35,707 nt of DNA from Deltaproteobacteria bacterium (GCA_030593645.1 JAUVGT010000001.1:1-35707); one strand, 5' to 3'. Counted from the first letter of the stretch, positions 26,738 through 35,566 are shown. A program made the numbers and translations. The notes: a model not told the origin generated them from the letters alone.

Positions 26738-28024
26738 TTAAAAAAGTTTCCCCAATAGCTCATTAATTTTAATGGCATCATAGAATTTCGATATTTCCGG
26801 TCCTACAACCGCGATTGCCGGTTTTCTGATATTTTCCGCCAGGGTTTCACGGGATAGTTTTTCTATCATTTGAATATCTATATTTTCAATATTCGCAAGC
26901 ACATTGTCCGATCCAAGATATTCTCCAAAGTAGAGTTCCTGTGTGGCGAGACGACTCATACGGGTATTGGTATCTTCCCCGGATATCATGTGATGTCCCC
27001 TGATTTGCATTTTTGCTTTCCAAAGCTCTTCTTCATCAACCGGTTTATCCACGGTGATCAGTTGTGTTAATTCGGCAAGTATCAATTTTAAAACATGCAT
27101 GAAGTTTTCCTGGGATGTACTTCCTTCAATGACCCATAACCCCTCATCCCGGTAAGCAATGTATTCAGAACTGATGTGATAAACAAAACCGAGTTCTTCC
27201 CGTAAATGACGGTAAAGCCGGGAGCTGAATCCGCCACCGAGTATATTATTTAATATATATAAACTATAGCGGTCTTTATGCGCATAGGGAAGTGCCCGGA
27301 TACCGATTGAGAAATAGATCTGTGACACATCCGTATTCCTAATGGCTATAGCGGAATTAAATTGAGCTTTATCACTTTCTTCTTTGCCGCTTTGGCCCAG
27401 CATGCGCCAAAAAGCATCCCGGACCTGTGCCACGAAATCGTGGTGATCCAGGTTTCCGGCTGCAGCAATGATGATTCGATCCGGCAGGTAGTTTTCATGT
27501 ACAAAATAAATCACATCTTCACGGGTGAATGAGTTGACTGTTTCATGTGTTCCGGAAATAGAGCGTCCCAGCGGGTGTCCGGGCCAAATGGTATCTTTTA
27601 GCAGCGCATGTACCGCGTTATTCGGTATATCCAGGGACATATCTATTTCGCGCAGTATGGCGTTCTTTTCCGTTTCAAGTTTATCTTCCGGGAATATTGA
27701 ATTCAGTAATATGTCGCCCATAAGGTCAAGGGCATACGTCCTGTAATCATCCAGTACGGTGGCCGTGTAACATGTATAATCCCTTGCGGTGAATGCCCCC
27801 ATATATCCGCCGGCTTCATCCATCATCCGTGAAATTTGAGAAGCATCCCGGCTGCTGGTTCCGTTGAACATGGTGTGTTCAACCAGATGTGCGAGCCCGT
27901 TTTGTTTCGGGGTTTCATTATAGGGCCCGGCATCGACTAAAAAACCCATGGAAATCGATCGAACCTGAGGCATCGATTCTGTTACGACGATAATGCCGTT
28001 TTCCAGTTTTGTCTTATGATACAT
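26738..28024 (-). CDS. M16-family (pitrilysin/insulinase-like) zinc metallopeptidase
   Basis: The 428-aa product has GGGAG upstream. The inverted zincin motif HLVEHTMFNGT (HxxEH) sits about 45 aa from the N-terminus. The typical M16 N-terminus reads KTKLENGIIVVTE. Confidence 0.85.
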   Translation of the reverse strand: MYHKTKLENGIIVVTESMPQVRSISMGFLVDAGPYNETPKQNGLAHLVEHTMFNGTSSRDASQISRMMDEAGGYMGAFTARDYTCYTATVLDDYRTYALDLMGDILLNSIFPEDKLETEKNAILREIDMSLDIPNNAVHALLKDTIWPGHPLGRSISGTHETVNSFTREDVIYFVHENYLPDRIIIAAAGNLDHHDFVAQVRDAFWRMLGQSGKEESDKAQFNSAIAIRNTDVSQIYFSIGIRALPYAHKDRYSLYILNNILGGGFSSRLYRHLREELGFVYHISSEYIAYRDEGLWVIEGSTSQENFMHVLKLILAELTQLITVDKPVDEEELWKAKMQIRGHHMISGEDTNTRMSRLATQELYFGEYLGSDNVLANIENIDIQMIEKLSRETLAENIRKPAIAVVGPEISKFYDAIKINELLGKLF

Positions 28025-28060
28025 ACGGACTCCCGGGACTATGCGCCATTTGAGACCATT

Positions 28061-28555
28061 TCAAGCAGATCCTGGTTCTGTTTTACCGTTAATGATTTTC
28101 TGAATATCGGGTATGATGAGCAGCCCATCATCCCACTCAAACAAACCCTTTATCATAAAGATATTTTTTATTTTTTCATCCGGCTGCACGGTGGTGCAGG
28201 GGAAAGGGATTGTAACATTTCTAATTTCAGCACTTATTCTGAGTATGCCTTTTAAACCATCCGGCCTGACTTTCCTGCTGTCACTGGTTCGTACGACAAG
28301 CATGCGTTTCCCGAGGGTATTTGATTTAAGGCCGATGCATTTTTCCAGGCTGATTACCGGGAGCAGGTGTTCACGCCAGGTGGCAATCCCTTCAGTATAA
28401 GGATGAGAAAATGGGACCCTGCAAACAGGTCTGTCATCAATAACTTCTTCAACTTGTGTTGCACTGAGCAGGAAAAAAACATTGTGATCCCGAATTTTTT
28501 CTGACATTGCCGGGAAAATCAACGCTTTTTGCTGCAAGTCATCTGATTGTGTCAT
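28061..28555 (-). CDS. CheW-like coupling protein (divergent)
   Basis: The 164-aa product has a CheW-domain pattern (FFLLSATQVEEVI...GIATWREHLLPVISLEK...MLVVRT...GLFEWDDGLLIIPDIQKI). Confidence 0.7.
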   Translation of the reverse strand: MTQSDDLQQKALIFPAMSEKIRDHNVFFLLSATQVEEVIDDRPVCRVPFSHPYTEGIATWREHLLPVISLEKCIGLKSNTLGKRMLVVRTSDSRKVRPDGLKGILRISAEIRNVTIPFPCTTVQPDEKIKNIFMIKGLFEWDDGLLIIPDIQKIINGKTEPGSA

Positions 28556-28596
28556 GTAAGTACTTCCATCACTATTAAAAAACGGTTTTGATTCTT

Positions 28597-29340
28597 TTAA
28601 TCCCTTAGTTTATTTGATTCCAGAGCCTGGCTGAAAATGTTTTTCAGTTTACCGGATACTTTTTTATGGATCATTTTGGTCAGAATATCTCTAAGCTTGT
28701 CCGGAGCGATACCTTCCTGACGGATATTATGATCCATTAATGTTTCTGTTTGTTTTTCAAAATTAATGATCGTTTCTTTCCCCTCGTCAATCATTAATGA
28801 TCTATCAACGGAGGCGGAATCATGCTTTAAATGCTTCGCACTGTATCCAGAATTCCCCGGCTGATCTCCCTGGGTTTCGACATTTGCCTCAACCGGCAGT
28901 GTCGCAGAATGATCATCATCAATGATTGATGCCGGATTTAGGATGAGTGCAATGTGATCATCATGATTTAAAACAAACGGAAAGCAGGTTCGAGCCGGCT
29001 CTCCGAAAATGGGCGGCAGGGGTTGAAGGTGATTTCGTTTCACATTTACCACACCGTCAACCCGATCCACAACAAGAGCGAAATACCGCGTATTGTCCTT
29101 AATCAGAATCTGTTTTTTATGGGTTCGATTCAATACGGAATCTTTTTCGTCGAAGATTTTTGACAGATCAAGCCGCGGAATATCATCATTGTTCTTTGAT
29201 ATACTTTTTTCCTCTTCGTTCCCTGTTTTTTCAGCAGCAATGATGCCGGCACCTGTTATGTTTTTTACATCAGACATATCGATTCCATAATGCTGGTTAC
29301 CCACCTGAAAGAGTACTAATTTAAATACTGATGAAGTCAT
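28597..29340 (-). CDS. CheW-like coupling protein with a C-terminal extension of about 100 aa
   Basis: The 247-aa product has an N-terminal CheW domain (LVLFQVGNQHYGIDMSDVKNI...FALVVDRVDGVVNV...IALILNPASII). The acidic/polar tail has no motif I recognise. Its start overlaps the cheA stop by 4 nt. Confidence 0.75.
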   Translation of the reverse strand: MTSSVFKLVLFQVGNQHYGIDMSDVKNITGAGIIAAEKTGNEEEKSISKNNDDIPRLDLSKIFDEKDSVLNRTHKKQILIKDNTRYFALVVDRVDGVVNVKRNHLQPLPPIFGEPARTCFPFVLNHDDHIALILNPASIIDDDHSATLPVEANVETQGDQPGNSGYSAKHLKHDSASVDRSLMIDEGKETIINFEKQTETLMDHNIRQEGIAPDKLRDILTKMIHKKVSGKLKNIFSQALESNKLRD

Positions 29341-32318
29341 ATTACCTCAGAGAAATTATTTTTTTCAGTCAGTTCTATAATTTGACTGACAAATTCATCA
29401 CTGTTATACGGTTTAACGATATAGCCCTGAGCGCCCAGGGAGATGGCTTTATCGCGGTGTTTCCTTGCCGTTCTCGAACTCAGTATAATAACAGGTGTGC
29501 GCCTGCAGCCCGGCAGGGTTCTGAATGTTCCCAGGAATTCATAACCGTTCATCCTCGGCATCTCGATATCGAGTATGATAAGATCCGGTACCTTATTTCC
29601 CAGCTTCTCTATGGCATCCACACCATCTTTTGCGGTTTGTGCCGTCCAACCCTGATCTTTTACCAGTCTCGATACAACCTGACGAATGCTGACTGAATCA
29701 TCAACAATCATAATATCCAGGGGCTGATCGGATACTGCCTTGCCAGGGGGTATGGTTTTTGGGGTTGCTTTCTTTCCGGGCCAAAAATACTCTTCAATAT
29801 TAAGAATGGGTACGACACTTCCGTCTCCCATTATTGTGGCTCCGGATATACCGTTCACTTTATGAAGCAGTGTGCCGAGACTTTTTATCACAATTTCTCT
29901 CTGGCCGACCAGGGAGTCGATGATAACGGCACCTCGTTTACCACCGGTTTCAATGATCAGCAGAACAGGATATTTTGACGATTGCTTTTTCCCCTCTGCC
30001 TCTTGATTCGGATTCAACATATTCGACATATTAAAAAGCGGTAATACCTCATCGCCCCGGTGCATGGTATGATCATGATATTGTATCATGTTATCATTTT
30101 CTACCCGCACAATTTCGGTAATTTCGTTTAAAGCGATTGCAAACATTCGGCCATCCGCCTTGAAAAGAAGCGCCCTTATAGTTGCCAGAGTCAAAGGAAT
30201 ACGAATCGTAAAGCGGGCACCTTTTCCTCCTTCAGATGTTATGCTCACAGCGCCTTTTAGATCTCGTATATTTTCTTTAACAATATCCAGGCCCACTCCG
30301 CGACCGGAAACTTCGCTTATTTTTTTTCGCGTACTGAATCCGGGGTTGAAAATAAAGGCCGACAGTTCATCATTAGACAGGTCACTAACATTGGACGCCA
30401 GATTGGCCTTTTGGGCAGTATGACGTATCGCTTCGTAATCGAGACCTTTTCCATCATCAATAATGCGGATGGCGACCTGGTTCCCCTCTCTTGCAGCGGT
30501 TAACCTGATGGTTGCGTTTTCAGGTTTCTTCAAGCCCTTTCGCTTTTTCCTGGATTCTATACCGTGATCAACAGCATTCCGAAGCAGATGCATGAGAGGG
30601 TCCGTCATTTTATCCCAGATCATTTTATCCAGCTCAATATCAGCACCCTCGATAACAAGTTGTACTTTTTTATTGAGCTTTGAAGCCACTTCGCGTACGG
30701 TTCGGCGCAACCTGTTTGTAATGACAGCCATGGGAGTCATGCGGACCCGCATCATTTTGTCCTGGAGTTCACTTAAAATAACTCTCTGGCGGGTCAGATG
30801 ACCGTCGAATTCACTGTGAAGAGTGGAAAGCTGTGTGTTGATTGTGCCGACATCGATGGATGATTCATTAAGGGTACGAATAATAAGGTTAAGTTGTGAG
30901 TAGCGGTCGAGTTCAAGACTGTCAAAATCATCGAAACTGTTATCTATCGATACTCCTTCATTGATTGAACCTCTCGATTCAAGAGCCGCTTCAATTCCCT
31001 CAAGCGCTTTGACTTCATAGCTTATTTCCATTTCTCTGGCAATTTCTCTGAGACGTTTTCTGGCAAGTTCGAGCTCATTAACAGACTCCTGGAAAATCAG
31101 CATTTTTTGATCAAAAGCACTTGAAGCAATAATCAGTTCACCGGCCAGGTTTACCATTTCATCTATTCTCTCGATATTTACTCTGAGTGTTTTTGCTGGA
31201 AGGATGGCGGTATCAGGCAGATTATTTTCAGTATATTCAGATTCGTCCGGTTCGATAATTTCATTTTCATCGATCCCGTTATCTTCCTGTATGGAGGGCT
31301 GTTTGTCCATTTCACGGGTTGATTCCGAATCCATGATTTCAAAATATTTTTTTTTCAGGAAATCTGCCTTTTTTGATGATGCTTCCATGGGAGTTTCGAC
31401 AATTCGTTCAAGGATATCTGCCGATTCAATCAGAACAGATATAATATCAGGAGTAATCTCCCTGGCTTGCTCAAAAAGCCAGTCCAGAAGATCTTCAAGA
31501 CTGTGGGCAAATCCTGAAAAATCCTGGAGCCCGATGACGGCTGCCGCTCCTTTCAGTGTGTGAACCGAACGCCTGATTTGCCGTATCTCTTCACGTCTTG
31601 ATGGTGTAATCCGGGCTGGACTGGTAATCTGTGAATCAAGATTGTTTAAAGCGGTGCTGAATTCTTCAAGGTGTTCTTCCGCTTCTTCATTAAAGCTCTC
31701 CAAAAGCTCCGGGAGCGGTTCCGGGGTTTTGGCTTCATATTGCTTTTGTCCTTCTTGCGCGTCCATTTCAGTTTCGATATCAGAATCCTCATGATCGATA
31801 TATGAAGGTTCGGTATAAGATGGGAGGGATTCAGTTTTTTCATCCGTTTTCGTTTCATCCGGAAGACTTTCGTATTCCGGAATAGAATCCAGCAGTTCAT
31901 TGATTATTTTTTTATCTTCATCCGTTGGAAGTTCGTGAAGACGCCTGAAGGAGAGAACAGTCTTTCTTAAAATCTCCCTGGAACGTGCTTTCTTTGTGAA
32001 AAAATCCCTGCAATATTCCTTAATCAGATCCACAACGATCTGCATTGTCTGTATCGAATTTTGAGTAATTGGAAAATTACCTGAGAGTATATTTTCAAGC
32101 TCCTCTTCCATTTGAAAAGAAATCTTGCTTAGACCGTGCAGTCCTACAAGTGAAGATGCCCCTTTAATTGTATGTGAAAGACGATGAACTTCTTCTATGA
32201 TATCATTTCGCCCAGGTTCTGTTTTCAGGGAGTTTAATCCTTCCAAGAGCAAAGGAATATAACTTTTTACTTCTTCAATAAACTCTTTTATCATTTCCCT
32301 TCGAGGAGTTCTGGCCAT
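29337..32318 (-). CDS. Hybrid CheA-type histidine kinase with two Hpt domains, an expanded dimerisation region, a CheW domain and a C-terminal receiver (ChpA/FrzE-like)
   Basis: The product is 993 aa. Evidence by domain:
- Hpt1: VHRLSHTIKGASSLVGL
- Hpt2: RRSVHTLKGAAAVIGL
- Dimerisation: LRVNIERIDEMVNLAGELII, with a long insertion containing FDSLELDRYSQL
- N-box: HLLRNAVDHGIE
- G-box: GRGVGLDIV
- CheW domain: present
- Receiver: LIILDIEMPRMNG. Confidence 0.9.
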   Translation of the reverse strand: MARTPRREMIKEFIEEVKSYIPLLLEGLNSLKTEPGRNDIIEEVHRLSHTIKGASSLVGLHGLSKISFQMEEELENILSGNFPITQNSIQTMQIVVDLIKEYCRDFFTKKARSREILRKTVLSFRRLHELPTDEDKKIINELLDSIPEYESLPDETKTDEKTESLPSYTEPSYIDHEDSDIETEMDAQEGQKQYEAKTPEPLPELLESFNEEAEEHLEEFSTALNNLDSQITSPARITPSRREEIRQIRRSVHTLKGAAAVIGLQDFSGFAHSLEDLLDWLFEQAREITPDIISVLIESADILERIVETPMEASSKKADFLKKKYFEIMDSESTREMDKQPSIQEDNGIDENEIIEPDESEYTENNLPDTAILPAKTLRVNIERIDEMVNLAGELIIASSAFDQKMLIFQESVNELELARKRLREIAREMEISYEVKALEGIEAALESRGSINEGVSIDNSFDDFDSLELDRYSQLNLIIRTLNESSIDVGTINTQLSTLHSEFDGHLTRQRVILSELQDKMMRVRMTPMAVITNRLRRTVREVASKLNKKVQLVIEGADIELDKMIWDKMTDPLMHLLRNAVDHGIESRKKRKGLKKPENATIRLTAAREGNQVAIRIIDDGKGLDYEAIRHTAQKANLASNVSDLSNDELSAFIFNPGFSTRKKISEVSGRGVGLDIVKENIRDLKGAVSITSEGGKGARFTIRIPLTLATIRALLFKADGRMFAIALNEITEIVRVENDNMIQYHDHTMHRGDEVLPLFNMSNMLNPNQEAEGKKQSSKYPVLLIIETGGKRGAVIIDSLVGQREIVIKSLGTLLHKVNGISGATIMGDGSVVPILNIEEYFWPGKKATPKTIPPGKAVSDQPLDIMIVDDSVSIRQVVSRLVKDQGWTAQTAKDGVDAIEKLGNKVPDLIILDIEMPRMNGYEFLGTFRTLPGCRRTPVIILSSRTARKHRDKAISLGAQGYIVKPYNSDEFVSQIIELTEKNNFSEVI

Positions 32319-32457
32319 TATCTATTATCCTGTTTATCCGGGTCCCGCGGGTTGTTCCCTTATGCCCGGGCTTAACCCTTCGGGTTACATGTATGAGTCT
32401 ATCCAGGGCCTTTGAGGCATCAAGAGTGGGCGGCCCCTGCAAGCCATATAACCTGGT

Positions 32458-33090
32458 CTATTCATAATTGAATTGATTCAGGTGTGATGAGGACAGTAAT
32501 CGATCGATATTGAGCATATTAAGCGACTGATCTCCCATCGGGATAACGCCTTTGATAAACTCAGAAATAATTTCTCCTTCATGAGGAGCTTCCTGCATAT
32601 TTTGGTCATCCTCATCCAGGGGCAGCATCCCCAAAATTTTATCAACGATGATACCGATTTTGATTCTGGAATTGTGGATGATTATTAAACGTTTTCCCAA
32701 TGTCACGTCCGCGAGTGGGAGTTGGAAAAATAATTTCAGGTCCACAATTGAAACGATTTCCCCCCTGACATTACTGACACCGACTAGCCAGCCCGGCAGA
32801 TTCGGTAATTGGGTAACCGGAAGTTTGTTACCGATCTCCAGGGCGCTTAAAAGCGGGAGCACAAAAAGCATTTCTCCCAAAGAGAATTTGAGGTACTGAT
32901 CCTGTCCGTAATCACCCATTATGGACTTGTCGATAATACTCAGCCTCTTCAAGTATTCATCTTCCAGCATCCGGGGAGTTTCCATGTCAATCTCGGCTAT
33001 CAGAGCTTCAAGAGAAGCAGACTGTTCGTCCGGGTCAGATGACTGCCTGGATTTTTTATTATCGGCGCTGAATTCTTTTCTGTTCATCAT
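32458..33090 (-). CDS. CheW-like coupling protein with an N-terminal extension of about 60 aa (PilI-like position)
   Basis: The 210-aa product has a CheW domain (YLKFSLGEMLFVLPLLSALEI...GVSNVRGEIVSIVDL...IGIIVDKILGM). Confidence 0.8.
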   Translation of the reverse strand: MMNRKEFSADNKKSRQSSDPDEQSASLEALIAEIDMETPRMLEDEYLKRLSIIDKSIMGDYGQDQYLKFSLGEMLFVLPLLSALEIGNKLPVTQLPNLPGWLVGVSNVRGEIVSIVDLKLFFQLPLADVTLGKRLIIIHNSRIKIGIIVDKILGMLPLDEDDQNMQEAPHEGEIISEFIKGVIPMGDQSLNMLNIDRLLSSSHLNQFNYE

Positions 33091-33144
33091 AATTACCTTT
33101 GATGGTCATTTCCGTAATAACCGGCTGGTGATGCGCTGCTGATC

Positions 33145-33510
33145 TTACAAAAGCTTTTTTGCCGTTGCCAGCAACTCGTCAACTGAAAATGGTTTTGTAA
33201 TGTATGCATCCGCTCCCTGTTTTTTACCCCAAAACTTATCGCTTTCCTGATCTTTACTTGTTAATAAGATAATCTTTATATCTTTGAGTTCAGTAGAAGT
33301 TTTAACTTTACGGCATACTTGGAAACCGTTGAGTTTAGGCATAATCACGTCCAGTACAATTAAATCCGGTTTTTCATGAGTTGTCTTTTCAAGAGCATCT
33401 TCACCATCAATCGCCGTGATGACATCATATCCGTCGGTAACAAACGGTTCACTCATCATTTTCAGCTCTGTAGGACTGTCGTCAACGACAAGGACTTTTG
33501 CTTTACTCAT
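33145..33510 (-). CDS. Single-domain response regulator, PilG/PilH-like CheY
   Basis: The 121-aa product has AGGAGGAG upstream. Motifs are VLVVDDSPTE...LIVLDVIMPKLNG...LLTSK..FWGKKQGADAYITKPF. Confidence 0.9.
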   Translation of the reverse strand: MSKAKVLVVDDSPTELKMMSEPFVTDGYDVITAIDGEDALEKTTHEKPDLIVLDVIMPKLNGFQVCRKVKTSTELKDIKIILLTSKDQESDKFWGKKQGADAYITKPFSVDELLATAKKLL

Positions 33511-33579
33511 TTCTGCTCCTCCTGTTTATGACCCGGTTAAATATGATTTTTATCTGTTTATGGCGATCGGCCAATAGTT

Positions 33580-35319
33580 CTACAAGTATTTCTCGACCGT
33601 TTTAACAAGTTGTTTGGGATCAAACGGTTTTGTTAAATACGCGGCTGAACCCGCAACCTTACCTTTTACTTTGTTCAAAAGGCCATCTTTACTAGTCAGC
33701 ATAACCACAGGTATGTTTTTAAAATCAGGATTGTTCTTGATAATCGACAAAATTTGAAACCCATCCATTTTAGGAAGAATAATATCAAGCAATACCAGGT
33801 CGGGTTTCATTTCATTAAATTTACTCAGTGCTTCCAGGCCGTCTTTTGCCTCGATTATTTCATACCCTTTCTGTCCCAGGGTAATGGTTATGACTTTCCT
33901 TGTTGTAGAACTGTCTTCCACGACAAGAATCTTTTTTCTTTCAAAACCGTCTGTGAGTCGTTTGCTGTTATCACTTTTTTCTTTTAAATACTTTTCCTGA
34001 GTAGCAGGTGCGCCCCTGGATGCCATATATTTCAAGAGGATACGCAGTTGATCAGAATAATAAGGTTCTTTTGGCGTAAGCTTTACTGTCTTGTCGAGCT
34101 GGTTAAGTGCTTCTTCCCAATTTTTTAAATTCAGGTATGCCAGGCTGAGGTAATAATGGGCATTGATGTTTTTATCGCGATCAATTGCCTTGGTGTATCT
34201 ATCAACCGCTTTTTCTAAAATATCATGTTCAGTTGATTGTATCGAATAAAAAATATTTTCAGATATCATCAAATACGATTTGCAGTAAGGGCATTGAATC
34301 ACTCCGTGTTCCAGCGGTGTCCAGCAGAAAGGACATCTTTGAATCCATTCATCACCGATTTTGTTTTTCACCAGGTTGAACTTTACGATCTCAGATAATA
34401 TTTTTTTATTACCCGGTGCCATTTTAATCGCGTTGTTGAGTGCAATACTGATTGATTTTTTGTTTTCAGATACTCTGGAGTACCATAACCACCCCTGGAT
34501 GTTTCTTGGATTCATTTTTAAAAGACTAGTAATAATTTTCTGAGCTTCTTTAAAGTAAAGGCCCTTGGCCAGGTTTACCGCTTCTTCCATGAGATCTTCT
34601 GGTGTGGGTGAGGAATCTTTTTCGTCTTCTATTCTTGCGGCCTGAAGCAGTATGCGCATTAACGGTGTATTAATAATTCGATCCTTATTACATACTGCCT
34701 GTATTTCTGTACTGGAATTTTGCCAGCTTATGATCCGGACTGCAGCGGTTTCCCCTATCAGGCCATGCGATTCAGCGTTGATTAACTCTCCATTTTTAAA
34801 ATAGAGAAAACCGATTCGACCCTTTGAACGAACAATAACCGTGGCTGTTTTTTCCTCCATTTCAACCAGTTGAAGAAAATTGACAAGTGTGAAACCGTGA
34901 ACAGATGTTTTTGAGCTTTCCTTTAATACATTGAGTATTTTTTCAGCCAATATTTCAAGTTTTGCTGATTTGTCCAGGTAATGAAAATAGCCTATTTTTG
35001 AGAGATTTTTTTGGTCTTCGGCCTTGTTTTGTTCCGTTAAAACAATAATCGATATGTCCGGCTGGTTTCGTTTAATATGGATTAGAAATTCAATACCATC
35101 GATATCCGGCAGATTTAGATTGGTCACAATCAGATCCACACTCGAACTGCTGAGTATCTGCCATGCCTGTTTACCATTTCCAGCAGTTCGAGTAACAATG
35201 TTTTCCGCGTAGACTTTCAGAAAATTTTCAACAGAATTCAGAAATGAAATATCATGATCCACAATCAATATTTTATGAGTACCTGAGATACCCGATTTTT
35301 CCGCGAGGATATTATCCAT
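33580..35319 (-). CDS. Multi-domain regulator: pseudo-receiver, PATAN (DUF4388), TPR, zinc-ribbon, TPR, receiver
   Basis: I place the start at the ATG at 35319 (MDNILAEK). The ORF-track start at 35448 lies inside repeat A. Evidence by domain:
- N-terminal REC: Asn at the phospho-acceptor position (DLIVTNLNLPDIDG, compared with DLVLLDIILPKMDG in the C-terminal REC)
- PATAN-like: FTLVNFLQLVEMEEKTATVIVRSKGRIGFLYFKNGELINAE..GETAAVRIISW
- Zn-ribbon-like: CPFCWTPLEHGVIQCPYC
- TPR-like helices: present
- C-terminal REC: ends AAYLTKPF. Confidence 0.8.
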   Translation of the reverse strand: MDNILAEKSGISGTHKILIVDHDISFLNSVENFLKVYAENIVTRTAGNGKQAWQILSSSSVDLIVTNLNLPDIDGIEFLIHIKRNQPDISIIVLTEQNKAEDQKNLSKIGYFHYLDKSAKLEILAEKILNVLKESSKTSVHGFTLVNFLQLVEMEEKTATVIVRSKGRIGFLYFKNGELINAESHGLIGETAAVRIISWQNSSTEIQAVCNKDRIINTPLMRILLQAARIEDEKDSSPTPEDLMEEAVNLAKGLYFKEAQKIITSLLKMNPRNIQGWLWYSRVSENKKSISIALNNAIKMAPGNKKILSEIVKFNLVKNKIGDEWIQRCPFCWTPLEHGVIQCPYCKSYLMISENIFYSIQSTEHDILEKAVDRYTKAIDRDKNINAHYYLSLAYLNLKNWEEALNQLDKTVKLTPKEPYYSDQLRILLKYMASRGAPATQEKYLKEKSDNSKRLTDGFERKKILVVEDSSTTRKVITITLGQKGYEIIEAKDGLEALSKFNEMKPDLVLLDIILPKMDGFQILSIIKNNPDFKNIPVVMLTSKDGLLNKVKGKVAGSAAYLTKPFDPKQLVKTVEKYL

Positions 35320-35366
35320 GTTTAGTTGTTTGAGAACCTCGTACCATTTGAATGCATAATGAATCC

Positions 35367-35529
35367 AATTTTGATGGTCTCGTAAAAAGTCCGAATGAGA
35401 CGGTTTCGTAAAGAGTTCAAATTCAAGGCGTGCAAATTTCGTAATCATGAAGCGTACTTATCGTACGTTGAATGATTGCGAAATGCAGCACAACGCAGAA
35501 GTTGGACTTTTTACGAAACCGTCAATTTT
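35367..35529 (-). repeat. Repeat family A, long form, inverted orientation
   Basis: It is the reverse complement of the 7219-7381 type element. It includes both right-end copies, at 35371-35392 and 35398-35415. It sits immediately upstream of the PATAN regulator gene. Confidence 0.85.
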
Positions 35530-35566
35530 ACAAAGCGTTTTAGAAGGTAAAGACAACCATTTCATT

